DNA of 64,000 nt from positions 34,348,001 through 34,412,000 of the forward strand of contig NC_043007.1 of NCBI RefSeq assembly GCF_006345805.1, in the 5' to 3' direction. The notes below the pieces were generated by a model, which saw only the letters and a list, made by a program, of their open reading frames with translations, ran no database searches and had not been told where the DNA came from. Shown here one piece after another: positions 36,076-48,284 of the stretch. Numbering within the stretch: position 1 is the stretch's first letter; each line of letters starts with the position of its first letter. Position numbers and translations under genes: made by a program. The DNA is from Octopus sinensis (taxonomy: Eukaryota).

Positions 36076-36537
36076 CACACATACATATGCACACACACAA
36101 ACACATATGCGCACACATGCACAGACACACATTATTAGCACTTTTGTTTCTTTACCCCAAAGCTATTCTGCCGAATGATTTTACCAAATATATTGCAATG
36201 AATATTTTAGTTATTCCGATGTTCAGTACTAAAAGTATTGCTGTATGTATTATTTATTAACTGATAAAGCGCTTGCATACATAAAGCGAATGAAGATTTT
36301 GGTGTTTGTTTTATAGAATAATTTTATCATTGCAAATTATAGGAATACACTTAGAAATGTATTTTCGTACTACCCTCAGTTACTACATTGTGGCCATGCC
36401 GGGTTTCGCATACAAGCGCGTTCTACTAGAATACAACGAAAGGCAAAGTAGCACTGGGATGAATATGGTATATATATATATATATAACATGAATATATAT
36501 ACATATATATGCATATATATAATATATATATATATAT

Positions 36538-36603
<66 letters not shown>

Positions 36604-36605
<2 letters not shown>

Positions 36606-39600
36606 GCACCCCACAACTCAACTTTTTTATATATATATAAACATCACACGAGTCCCGAAAATGCCACCCAAATCACAACAAGCAGAATCTTTAATGAACC
36701 AAAATATCCTAAAAGAATTACAAGAAATCTCCTCGAACTTTCAACCATAATAAACAAAGTCGAACAATCGCACTTATACCTAAATGGACTCATGGAGGCC
36801 AAAACAACCAATCAAATCCCTGACATCATCCCAACACTGCAAAACCTAATGAAATCCATAGAGACGGCAGTGCTCCCAAAGCAGGAGCAAACTAAAGACT
36901 GCTTCTCAGTTAAAAGCTCTCTTAACAACACCTGGAGTAAAAATCTCAAAGCGCGTAAGTTGCCTTCTGGAATTTCATAAAAAATAGCAACAAAGCTGAC
37001 ATTTATGAAAAGTGGCTCAACTCCACCCCTAATCCTACCCAGAAAACTACAAATAAAACCCATCCAAAATGAACCAGAAAACCAAAAAACCTCAGGGAGA
37101 AACTAGCTTTTGAAAAATTCAAAACGGAAGTAGAACTCTTGCGGCTCAGAGCCAACGCCAGTGAAGAAAAATTCAAGACCCTTGACAATGAAATGCAGAT
37201 TGAAATCTCAAAACACTGTGAAGGAGCACTCCTTGATGAAACCACCAAACTCTGGAGAAAAAACTGCGAGGATGAAGAACTAACATCCCTCCAGCGAATG
37301 GAAAAAAACAGCTGGTCCGCCAATTATGAAACAGAGTTCACAAAGGAACACCTTTCAAGCAACCCATATTTTAAAATATCTACCTCAACTCACACCCCTC
37401 GCCAAAAACAAAGAAAACCAACCACAAAACACCGAACACACACCACCCCTAACATCGACAACAACAACAACAGAACTTACAGACAGCACTACAATCCCAT
37501 CAAAAGAACCGAGACACCCATCATCACAAGACAAAACTTTACCAGACAACGTAGACCCCAACCCACACAAGAACCGTTCCAGATTCGGAGATCCTACCCA
37601 TCACTTAGAAACCCATCTCTGAACTATGATTGTAGATTCCAACCCAAACCGCTCCTAACTCAGAGTTCTCCCCCAACATATAGGAATTCACTTCTAAACC
37701 ATGAATGTAATTTCCAACCCACTCTAAGGAACCAACATTACACCCAGGACAAACAACCCAGACCCTGGAATAACCAAAACTCTTCCAGGAGGCCACACCA
37801 ACAACCCAGACCCTGGAACAACCAAAACCTCTTCAACAGACAACATATCAACGGGGGACAGAATCACAACAACCAAAACCTCTTCAACAGACAACATATC
37901 AACGGGGGACAGAATCACATACAGCAAAATACCGCAGATAGAAGAACCCCCAGGATTCCTTTTTTAGGCAAGGGCATCAGTTTCCACGACACCAGATGGT
38001 AGATACCAACCCCGAAAAACCAAAAATAGTGAATCTCTCTAACCTAAACCTGTCGACACCACAAATAAAATCCTTTCAAGAGGACTAAAATTCACCCCAA
38101 CTCCGCAATACCCTAACCTGAGGGAAATACAGGATGACATCTCACACTTTTGCAGAAAATTACGCCTCACAGAGGAATTTTTTGACAGGAAAACTAATAA
38201 TAACGACGAATCAATGGTCCGTAACAAAAGCAACTATAATCCCATAAAAGGCAAAAACAAAACCTTAGACATATTTTGCGATTACATCTCAAACTTCCTT
38301 ATGGTGAACTCCCACAACCTAAACTCAAACCCAACACCAGTAAAAGAGAATGGGAAATCATCCATACGCTACGAGACAATCATAACGTCACAATAAAGGA
38401 AGCTGATAAGGGTAGTACGGTCGTTGTTATGAATACTGAGCAATATAAAAACTCTGTATCTCTCCTTTTAGAGGATACCACATACTATGAGAGAGTAGTC
38501 GACTACCAGCAATCCAAAACAATGACCAAACTGAAGGCACTCATTTACCAACACCGGAATGACTTGACAGCAAAGGAATGCGACTACATTACTAAATTTA
38601 ATTGCAAAACCAGCACACTCTATGGGCTTCCAAAAATACACAAGAGTCAAATTATCACAGAAGCTTGCAAAAAGTCCACTTCAACCTGCATCACTATACC
38701 ACATCCCACTGATCTCAAACTGAGACCAATAGTGGCAGGCCCAAGTTGTGAAACACACAGACTTAGCAACTTTATAGATATCATCTTAAAGCCAATACTG
38801 AAAACATTCCAAGTATGTAAGATTGTAAGAGATGTACGTTGGACCTATTAATCGGTCGTCAAAACGATATCGCCTCGGTATAAACTGGACCATGCCGATA
38901 AAGACACCTTAATCGTTTCTTTTGATGTTATTAATCTTTACACCACAATCCCACATGAATATGGACTGGAAGCCATTAAATTCTGGCTGGATAAATATCC
39001 CAATGAGATCCCGGAAAGAATTAAAAAAGAATTCATAATGAGGGCCTCAAATTTATTCTGCAAAACAACTTCATGTATTTCCACAACAACACTTACAGAC
39101 AGGTCTCAGGAACTGCAATGGGTACGAAAGTTGCACCTACCTATGCAAACCTGGTGATGGCCTACCTGGAATCACATATCTATGAAAAATCCAAATATAA
39201 GTACGGCCAGTCTTTCCACAAATACCTGTTGGAGAACTGGAAACGCTACTTAGATGATTGCCTCATCCTATGGTCCCACACACTCGACCAACTTAAGACT
39301 TCAAAAACCTTATCAACAGTGTAATAACAACATTCAATTCACAATGGAATATAGTCAGGACCAACTCCCTTTTCTTGACATCCTAATCATTAAAAAAGGC
39401 GTCAACATTGAAACAAATGACCATTACAAACCCACTGACTCTAAACAATACCTTCTATTCACCTCCAATCACCCAAAACACACAAAGACAAATATCCCCT
39501 TCAACCTAGCGAGAAGAATCTGCACTATTGTCTCAAATGACACAACACGAAATAGAAGACTCCGGGAACTAAGGGCAATTCTTCTCGAAAGACATTACCC

Positions 39601-40302
39601 GGCATCACTAGTAGACAACGGAATAGAACGGGCCAAATCAATCAACATTCAAGACCTACGAAAAAACCAAACACATCCACAGTACAGTAAATAGCCTCCC
39701 CTATCTCTCAACACACAACCCAAGGAATGCAGAAGCTTACACTATTATATACAACAACATTCCACAACTAAATCAAGACCCACGCCTGAAAAAAATACTG
39801 GCAGCTCATAAAATAATAAAAAGTAAGAGACAACCTAAATCCCTAAAAAACCTCCTCACCAACGCAAAATTACACAACACACAACCCACCGCCCACCATC
39901 AAAAAATGTGGTCGCCCCAATTGCAAGACCTGCATCCACCTCATTGAGGGATCGTCGTACAAGTTCCACTCGGGACACACATTCATCATAAAAAATAATT
40001 TCACGTGCGCATCAAAAAATTTACTCTACGTCATAAGGTGTGAAGGATGCCACGAAGACTACATAGGGCAAACGAGCCTTACCCTCAGAGAAAGAATGAC
40101 AGTTCACCGACAACAACTGAGGGACCCCTCCACAAGACAGATACCACTAAGTGGACACTTAGACCTTTGTGCACACAATAAGTCCCCCAAATTCTTAGTC
40201 TTCCCACTATACCAATGCTCGGACAACACCACAGACCAAACACGAATAAATAAGGAAAGTAATCTTATTCAAAAATACAGACCACAACTAAACATACTCT
40301 AA
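36604..40302 (+). mobile_element. Near-full-length Penelope-like element (Neptune-type): long N-terminal region, RT and GIY-YIG, frameshifted
   Basis: LSRGLKFTPTP; IKEADKGSTVVVM; YGLPKIHK; LRPIVAG; VSFDVINLYTTIPH; GTAMGTKVAPTYANL; WKRYLDDCLILW; HYKPTDSKQYL..SNHP; CGRPNCKTC; FTCASKNLLYVIRCEGCHEDYIGQT; RMTVHRQQ...QKYRPQLN. Confidence 0.95.
37750..37918 (+). repeat. In-frame tandem repeats inside the PLE ORF (QPRPWNNQN x2; perfect 51-bp unit x2 at 37817-37918)
   Basis: aacaaccaaaacctcttcaacagacaacatatcaacgggggacagaatcac twice, encoding NNQNLFNRQHINGGQNH. Confidence 0.92.
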
Positions 40303-40479
40303 CATACCCCCTGGGCACACATCCAGAGCAGGCACACAGGGGCACGCGCACACTCACAGCATATCGTGCGGGCGGGCACATGCGCGCATCGGCACGCATA
40401 GGACACACTAGCGGGCATTGACCGCACACATACGTGGCACGCACACATACGTGGCACGCACACGCATGCATTATATATA

Positions 40480-40739
40480 TGTAGGTTATGTATGTGTGTG
40501 AGTGTTGTGTGTGTGTGTGTGAGTGTGCACGTTGTGTGTGTGTGTGTGCGCGTGTGTATATGTATGTGTGTGTGTGTGTGTGCACTGTGTGCGTGTGTGT
40601 ATGTGTGTGTGTGCGCGCGTTGTGTGTGTGTGCACGTGTGTATATATATGTGTGTGTGTATGCACTGTGTGCGTGTGTGTGTGTATGTGTGTGTGTGTGA
40701 GCATTGTGTACGTGTGTATGTATTTACATGTGTATTTGT

Positions 40740-40780
<41 letters not shown>

Positions 40781-41566
40781 CTGTGTGTGTATATGCATGG
40801 TATGTGTGTATATGTGAGTACATTGTTTGTGTGTGTGTGCGGTATGTAGAGATATATTTGAGTGTGTACGCTATAGGTTTGTATTTTGTGTGTGTGGGTG
40901 TGTGTGTGAATTTTATATATATGTGTGTGTGTATGTGTGTGAAAAAATATATGTATGTGCATGTATGTATGTATGTATATGTATATATATATATATGTGT
41001 ATATATATATGTGTGTGTGTATGTGTGTGTGTGTATATATATTTTCATGTATATGTGTGTATAAACATGTGCATTATTTGCATGCGCATTGTGTATATGT
41101 ATATTGTATGTATGTGTATTGTATATGTATGTGTACAATTAAGTGTATATATGTGTGTATGTGTGCATTGTATATATGTATATTGTAAGTGTGCTATATA
41201 TACATGAATACATGTATATACGTTGCGTGTATATATATGTATGCATTGTGTATGTATGTTATGTGTGTGTGTGTCTATATATATTATATGTATGCGTACG
41301 TGTATGTGTATGCATTGTATGTATGTATATTTGTGTATATGTGGTATATCTATGTATGTGTATGTAAAACTATTTATATGTATATATGTATATATGTATA
41401 TGCATTGTCTATATATATATATATTATATGTATGTATTGCGTATGTATATTGCATGCATATATTGTGTATGTGTATTATATACATGCTGTGTATGTGTAT
41501 TGTATGTTATATATATGCTAGGTGTATTTGTGTGATATTTATATTATGTATATATGTGTGCGTGTG

Positions 41567-41597
<31 letters not shown>

Positions 41598-41790
41598 GTG
41601 TGTGTATGTGTTATATATGTGTGTATATTATATATAAATACATGTTATATTTGTGTGCTGTGTGTATAATTTATATGTGGGTGCGTTGTGTGTGTTTGTG
41701 TTCTGTGTGTGTGTGTTGTGTGTATGTGGTGTGTGGTGTATACTATGTGTGTGTGTGTATTGTTGTTGTGTGTGTGTGTATATATGTGTG
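40480..41790. repeat. ~1.3-kb degenerate (TG)n/(TA)n low-complexity tract downstream of the PLE ORF
   Basis: Direct reading. Confidence 0.95.
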
Positions 41791-42352
41791 TGACAAACAG
41801 ACGCTGTCTGACCAGCAGGCACACGGACACATCTATTCACACCCGCATACTCACCTCCCAATAACCCCAAAGTCACTGATGCTTGAAGGGGAAGTATAAA
41901 CCAAACTGGGTACATATCTTTTTTTCTCTCAATTCAACTTTTCTGCTAAAACAAACAGGTCAGTAAAAGACAAATTCTCGCCTTCGATTCAAAATATTCT
42001 GAGATGTCTAAAATATCCATTTTAATTTTCTCTGTCAATATTACAAGCTTTCTCACCAAACTATTACACTTCCTTATGTCTTTAACATGTCCTTTCTACC
42101 AAAGACTGTATACATATACATGTAATGTGACAATTTGCGACAACCAATAATTAACGCAACCAAATTTCCAATAATATATTGTTTTATTCTTTTCTGCCAA
42201 TTTTTCCAAATATTCTCATCACACTATTGAACTTTTTTATACTATATTATACATGTAATGTGACAATTATGTATAAAAAAACATTTTTGAATTCATAATA
42301 TTCAATGTGACAATTATGTAAAAAACTTTTTTTGAACCCATAATATTCAATG

Positions 42353-42402
42353 TTACTTTTGACAATCTTTTACCAAAGAGTGAAACCGGTTAAGTAAATA
42401 AA
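42353..42402 (+). ncRNA. Degenerate type I hammerhead-like motif followed by AATAAA (probable PLE pseudo-LTR)
   Basis: ttactt-TTGACAA-tcttt tacc aaaga-gt-GAAA-CCGG-TT-aagtaa; 6-bp stem I; the core differs from CTGACGA by two transitions. Confidence 0.45.
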
Positions 42403-42431
42403 CATCGTTTAAATTGCATTTTCAAACCTTT

Positions 42432-42482
<51 letters not shown>

Positions 42483-43059
42483 TATTATTTATAGACACAC
42501 GCACATACCCACATATGGAGAAAAGAATAATAATTTTACAACGGTAAGTTTATGGGTGCAATGCATTTGTATTCCGTTTTATGAGGTTTCCTATATGTTA
42601 TATATGTATATTCATATTTGATTTTTCGATTTTTCCAGTTTCAGCTAATGAGCTGTGGCCATGCTGGGGCACCGCCATTTAAGGATATATATGTTATATA
42701 TGTATAATGATATCTATGGGGCGGCTGATGATGGGGTTATGTTGTATTGTTGGTATGGCTGTTTCTGTATATGTGGAATAGTGCTATAACACATCCTTGT
42801 GATGTATATTTATTTATGTATATGTATGCCTTAATGTATATGCATTTATACATACACACCCACACTCACATATATAATCAAAATAAGCAACAGGATATCA
42901 AAAGGTGATGTAGTACGACCGTTTCAAGCAGCTCCATTTAATTGAGCAATGCAATCATACATCAATTTAAATGCAGGGCTATCCTCAGTTGCATATATAA
43001 ATAGAATTTATAATCAGTTAGACTCATTAATATAATTTTACTCAAATTCTATGGAAACT

Positions 43060-43200
43060 TTTAAATATAGGGACAAGAGCAACCTGATTAATAATAGATT
43101 AGACCTATGGGTATCATGCGTACATAGGGTCACCCGTACATTAAAATATTTTCGATATTAGCGTTTAAAGGTGCTACACTTGAACCTGGATATGGGAAGT
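43060..43200 (+). mobile_element. Naiad-type PLE extreme 3' fragment
   Basis: ETFKYRDKSNLINNRLDLWVSCVHRVTRTLK, homologous to 9710-9830. Confidence 0.65.
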
Positions 43201-44211
43201 TAATTTTTAGTGTTATATCGGTTGTGAACTTACCCCCTAGTATTACATATAAGTTATATATATTTTCTTATTATTCTTTATAATTTCTTATTATTTTCTT
43301 TTCTTATTTTGATACCTTTACCTATTGATCTCTTATCTCTTAAAGAGAGATATAAACTTTCTAGTTATATAAGTCTGAGAGTTGATTATAACCTGCCCAT
43401 AATAAAGTACAAATATTTGTGTATATTTGCATGTGTGCACATAGTTAAATATGTGTATGTATCTATGCACAACATTTTTTCTGATTTTTTTCTGGTTCTT
43501 AGCTTATAATTAATATAAAGATAGCATGATTTATCGCCCCAGTATTCCTAATAAGTACAGGAAGGAATATTAAACTAATTCTATGTAATCTTCCCTTTCT
43601 AATGTTCTAAAATTAGTATACGTATACATTTTATCTATCCTGGTTATAATATCATTTTTAGTAATCTTAAATTTTATCTTTATACAACATAACAATATTG
43701 TTTATATACTATCATCCACAGTACCCCATGATAATTCCCTCTGTATCAACATCATAGGTTTTATTAATGTCTTGTTCCTTTAACTGGTAATTAACATCTT
43801 GATTTGGGGTCTTCCCCTACACAGCCTCCTGTATAGACTGTTACTTACAGAAATCCTAAAATCCTAATAATATCCACAGCAATCTTTATATGCCCAACTA
43901 TATAAACTGTCAACTAACTCCTGCTCGCCATTCTAAACAGACACTTTCCTCTAGCCTTACATTTGGTAGTTGATAAAAAAGACTAATATTTAAAAATTAA
44001 CCACAATCCTTTACAAGCTGTGACCCTAACATTCTTCATACAGTTCTTAGAAGTGTAGTATATTCTTAGTTATATTAGTAGCAGCATCGACTCTTACCCT
44101 CTTCTTGCTGTATAAGAGAATTTAAGTGAAATTATGTTAATGTGTCCAAATGATTAAAAATTCTATATACATACATACATACATACATACATACATACAT
44201 GCATGCATACA

Positions 44212-44292
<81 letters not shown>

Positions 44293-44296
<4 letters not shown>

Positions 44297-44465
44297 TTAG
44301 TTAGTTAGTTAATTATTTGGCTCAAAAAGCAAAAAGCAAGGCCATGTAGAGGGACATGGAGTTATGTACAGGGTGGTGTTCATGTAAAGAGTTCAGGCCA
44401 CTTGTGGTCAAGGGAGACTTTGAACCGAGCGGTCGTCGGCATCTGCACTATCTCGTCCGGCAGCT

Positions 44466-44470
<5 letters not shown>
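44293..44470 (-). mobile_element. CR1-clade LINE 3' end with (CTAA)n tail
   Basis: Minus strand NKLPDEIVQMPTTARFKVSLDHKWPELFT*, resembling the CR1 C-terminal WN.LP.EVV...S...FK..LD..W motif, then a short UTR and tandem tail. Confidence 0.65.
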
Positions 44471-44508
<38 letters not shown>

Positions 44509-44590
44509 GGTCCCGGGTTGAGTCGGGGTAAACCACAGTAAATAAGGTACTCAATACATAGCAGAGTAAATTAATTTATTTTATAGAAGG

Positions 44591-44640
44591 AGCTTCTACA
44601 GGACTAGAACTGTTTCATTCAGAAGAATCATCAGGAAGCT
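44591..44640 (-). ncRNA. Type I hammerhead ribozyme, mirror copy on the minus strand, with AATAAA downstream (44575-44580)
   Basis: Reverse complement: agcttc-CTGATGA-TTC ttct GAA t-GAAA-CAG ttctagtc CTG-TA-gaagct. Confidence 0.75.
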
Positions 44641-44725
44641 AGGTGACAAGAATAGTTTTGGCATTTATACATTTAGGCATTTAAACCTGCCCAATGTATA
44701 AATGCCAAAACTATTCTTGTCACCA

Positions 44726-44776
44726 AGCTTCCTGATGATTTCTTCTGAATGAAACAGTTCTAGTCCTGTAGAAGCT
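44726..44776 (+). ncRNA. Type I hammerhead ribozyme, intact core, GUA cleavage triplet
   Basis: agcttc-CTGATGA-t TTC ttct GAA t-GAAA-CAG ttctagtc CTG-TA-gaagct; 6-bp stem I; predicted cleavage after 44770. Confidence 0.8.
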
Positions 44777-44784
44777 CCTTCTAT

Positions 44785-44824
<40 letters not shown>

Positions 44825-44833
44825 TATATATAT

Positions 44834-44884
<51 letters not shown>

Positions 44885-44887
44885 ATA

Positions 44888-45216
44888 TATATTAGAAGAA
44901 ATGAGGTACTCAGAAATTCGGATGGTTTTATATTTACAGATATTTATTTGTATATTACATGTTTTTATACATCATATAACTTATATCATATATCATATAT
45001 TAGCGCTTTCGTCCATTCTGGTGAATTTTTCATATGGAACTAAGAACAGGAATAATAGCATGTAGAATATTCTTTTCTACTGTAGGTACAAGGCCCGAGA
45101 CTTTTGGGGAGGGGCTCAGTCGATTAGATCGACCTCCGTACGCGACTGGTACTTAATTTATCGAGCCGAAATATATAACCATCCGAATTTCTGAGTACCT
45201 CATTTCTTCTAATATA
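44888..45216. repeat. Perfect 40-bp inverted repeats flanking ~250 bp
   Basis: 44888-44927 is the reverse complement of 45177-45216. Confidence 0.88.
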
Positions 45217-45545
45217 AAATACATGTACATCATCTCCAAACCTTCTAATATATATATATATATGTAATTGCTGTAACGGCAGAACTCGAAGCAATCAAAG
45301 CCATGAATGATAGCATGTAGAATATTCTTTTCTACTGTAGGTACAAGGCCCAACATTTTTGGGTGAGGTGCCCAGTCGATTAGATCGACCCCGTACGCAA
45401 CTGGTACTTAATTTATCGAGCCGAAAAGATGACAGGCAAAGTCAACCTTTGGCGGAATTTGAACTCAGAACATAAAGACTCACAAAATGCCGCTAAACAT
45501 TTTATCTGGTATGTTAACAATTCTGCTAGATCGCTGCCTTGCATA
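45055..45545 (-). mobile_element. SINE family D-like fragments, with a ~115-bp direct duplication (45055-45170 and 45310-45425)
   Basis: atagcatgtagaatattcttttctactgtaggtacaaggccc...actggtacttaatttatcgagccgaaa occurs twice. Confidence 0.7.
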
Positions 45546-45569
45546 TGTGCGTAATAACCCTTTCTGTTA

Positions 45570-45780
45570 TCGACACAAGACCTGAAATTATGGGGAGGAG
45601 ATAGTCGATTTCATCGATCTTAGTTGTCAACTGGTGCTCATTTTATCGACCCCCCCAGTAGGATGAAAAGCAAAGTTGACCTCGGCGGAATTTGATCTCG
45701 GAACGTAAAACCGGACGAAATTTTGCCAAGCATTTTGTCTTGTATATTAACGATTCTACCAGATAAGCGCCTTGCGTATA
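45570..45780 (-). mobile_element. SINE family D, diverged
   Basis: ttttatcgacccccc...ggatgaaaagcaaagttgacctcggcggaatttga. Confidence 0.65.
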
Positions 45781-46374
45781 TGCATAATAATAACTCGACA
45801 AATCTATGGAAGAACTTGGTCGCATCATTCTCGTAGCTTTGCATCCTCCAAGCATTTTTTAATATAGAAACGGATCGAAATTTCCAAATTGGTAGGAAAG
45901 CCAAACCTATTACAATATAACGAGACAATTTTCGTTTAAGCTCTATTTTCTGTCAAACATTTAAGTAATATATAGGGAAATGTTGAAAATCTATTTAGCA
46001 ACTCAGAATATATACGTATATGTATAAGGATAAAGGAAATTTATTCAATATTACAACATTAACAAGTTCTAAATCAAAAACTGGAAGAAACGCTGAAAAT
46101 TGGAATTGTTAATATTAAGCAACATTATTGGAAGTGTATAAGCCATAGGAAAAAGGGTTGCTATTTCTCATAGGATGAGAGAAATAGCAACATTCTCTCT
46201 CTCTCAAATCATACTCTGCCATCTTAAAATTGGAAGGACGCTTCGGATAACATTATCATTGGTGGGATGGGCTGTGGCTAAGTAAAAGACGGAATGGTTG
46301 CAATATGTTTTACTTTGAGCATGGGTCGCCTTTGATTGTAAGTCTGTTCTTTGATTATAATTCTGTTGATTATA

Positions 46375-46838
46375 ATCTCTCTATATATAAACGCATGGCT
46401 CAGTGGTTAGAGCGTCGAGCTTACGATCGTGAGGTTGTGAGCTCGAATCCCGGACCGGGCTGCGTGTTGTGTTCTTGAGCAAGGCACTTTATTTCACGTT
46501 GCTCCAGTTCACTCAGCTGTAGAAATGAGTTGCGACGTCACTGGTGCCAAGCTGTATCGACCTTTGTCTTTCCCTTGGATAACACTGGTGTCGTGGAGAG
46601 GGGAGGCCGGTATGCATGGGCGACTGCTGGTCTTCCATAAGCAACCTTGCCCAGACTTGTGTCTAGGAGGGTAACTTTCTAGGTGCAATCCCATGGTCAT
46701 TCATGACCGAAGGGGATCTTTATATATAAACGGCAGTTTGTCTGCCTTCGTTCCCTAGAGGGAAAGGACTAGATTGGGATTAGTCGTTGCCTACTAGGGG
46801 CTCTTACATACCCGGGCAACGCCGGGCTATGCTGCTAG
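46375..46838 (-). mobile_element. Short HINE/DINE-like element interrupted by a SINE
   Basis: Begins atctctctatatataaac and ends cccgggcaacgccgggctatgctgctagt, the reverse complement of the 26489-type terminus. Confidence 0.65.
46393..46720 (+). mobile_element. tRNA-derived SINE family C with CORE-like central domain, TSD tatatataaac
   Basis: A box ggctcagtggttag, B box gctcgaatcc; gttcttgagcaaggcactttatttcac...cagctgtagaaatg resembles the CORE domain; TSD at 46382-46392 and 46721-46731. Confidence 0.85.
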
Positions 46839-47124
46839 TTCTGGAATGTTTTTCATTGTAGACTGACATGGGATTAAGTGACAGCAACAAAAACAATGTG
46901 AAAAGCGCCAAAACACCCCTCAAAACACGTTACCGCCTTTAAAAAGGGGTAACGTATATAATGTAGTCCTGGATAGAGTATCTTATATTAAACAGGGATG
47001 GTCAGTTTTGGAATGCTTTCGTTGGAGATGTGATTTACCAGAGATAACCTACGTCTAAATAACAACAACAACAACAATCAGAAATTGTGACTAAATTCCC
47101 ATCAAAACACATGACCGCTCTGTA

Positions 47125-47423
47125 GAGGCACATGGCCTCGTGGTTAGAGCAGCGGACTCGCGGCCGAGGGATCGCGGGTTCGAATCTCAGACCGGACGAT
47201 GTGTGTATTTTTGAGGGAAACACCTAAGCTCCACGCGGCTCCAGCAGAAGGTAATGGCGAACTTCTGCTGACTCTTTCGCCGCAACTTTCTCTCACTCAT
47301 TCCTCCTGCATCTTGCAGCTCACCTGCGACGGACCGGCGTCCCATCGAGGTGGGGAACCTATACGCCAAGGAAACCGGGAAACCGGCCCTTATGAGCCAG
47401 GCGTGGTTCGAGAAGGAACAAAA
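47125..47423 (+). mobile_element. SINE family B2, full length
   Basis: Matches 60239-60537; ends gagaaggaacaaa. Confidence 0.9.
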
Positions 47424-48146
47424 TGTGAGCACTTTAGCGATAAGAATGTTTCGATTGGTTGTCACCAGAATAAAGACGAGTTAAGAGATGGAAGAATAAG
47501 ACATTTGTGTAAAGTTCCTCGTGCAAAATATTCACTTATCGTTAACAAAACAGTAATTCGTTATTAATACCATGTTCAACAGCTCAACTATTTGGGAGAT
47601 TCGTTATGCGTCTACCTACTAGGACAGTATACATGACTGGTGAAGATTCTAGCGGTTGACTTGCTTAAGCTGTGTCATGACAACTGCCGTCGTCGTCGCC
47701 GATGTCAAATGACGTTGATGCGGGAGACATCTGTCTTGGTTGAGAAGTAGCCAGGGCCGGCTATTTGATAAATGTAGTAGAAAGAAAAACGAAGACAAAG
47801 GATGAAATTATTAATGAGAATCTCATTTGTTGTTTACAAGACTTGAATTTATCGAGTTAAACATCTGCTGAGCCTATCGACTTGAGTGATCAGTACTTTG
47901 TTGACGTCATCAAACCTTGACAGCATACTGTTTCTGTTGTTGTTATTTTTACGTTTAAGCAAAGTGATTCGGGTTCGATTCCTTGGCAATGAGTTGGTGT
48001 TTAGGATTCTGCCAACTATTCTAGACGAAGATGTTATGAAATGTGCAGAAAGGCACACGCACAGCGTCGTGAACAAAGGTGTATGATGGGAAATTGGTAA
48101 TATGTGACGTTAAAACGTGTTTTGTTTGTTTGTTTGTTTGTGTGAA

Positions 48147-48180
<34 letters not shown>

Positions 48181-48284
48181 TGCGTTTGTGTGTGCGCGCG
48201 TGCGTTTGTGTGTGCGTGTGTATGGATATTCATTTATATGTACCTACGTGCATATGTATTATGTGTATGTGTGGTACGTGAGTG

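Larger units (their letters stand above)
44581..44786. repeat. 93/94-bp inverted repeat with a 19-nt spacer, embedded between (TA)n tracts
   Basis: 44581-44673 is the reverse complement of 44693-44786 with one mismatch and one 1-nt indel. Confidence 0.95.

Noticed and set aside
42910-42970. Minus-strand GAAACGGTCGTA hammerhead remnant
   Set aside because: The CUGANGA core is largely lost; probably a decayed PLE cassette, but not supportable as a ribozyme
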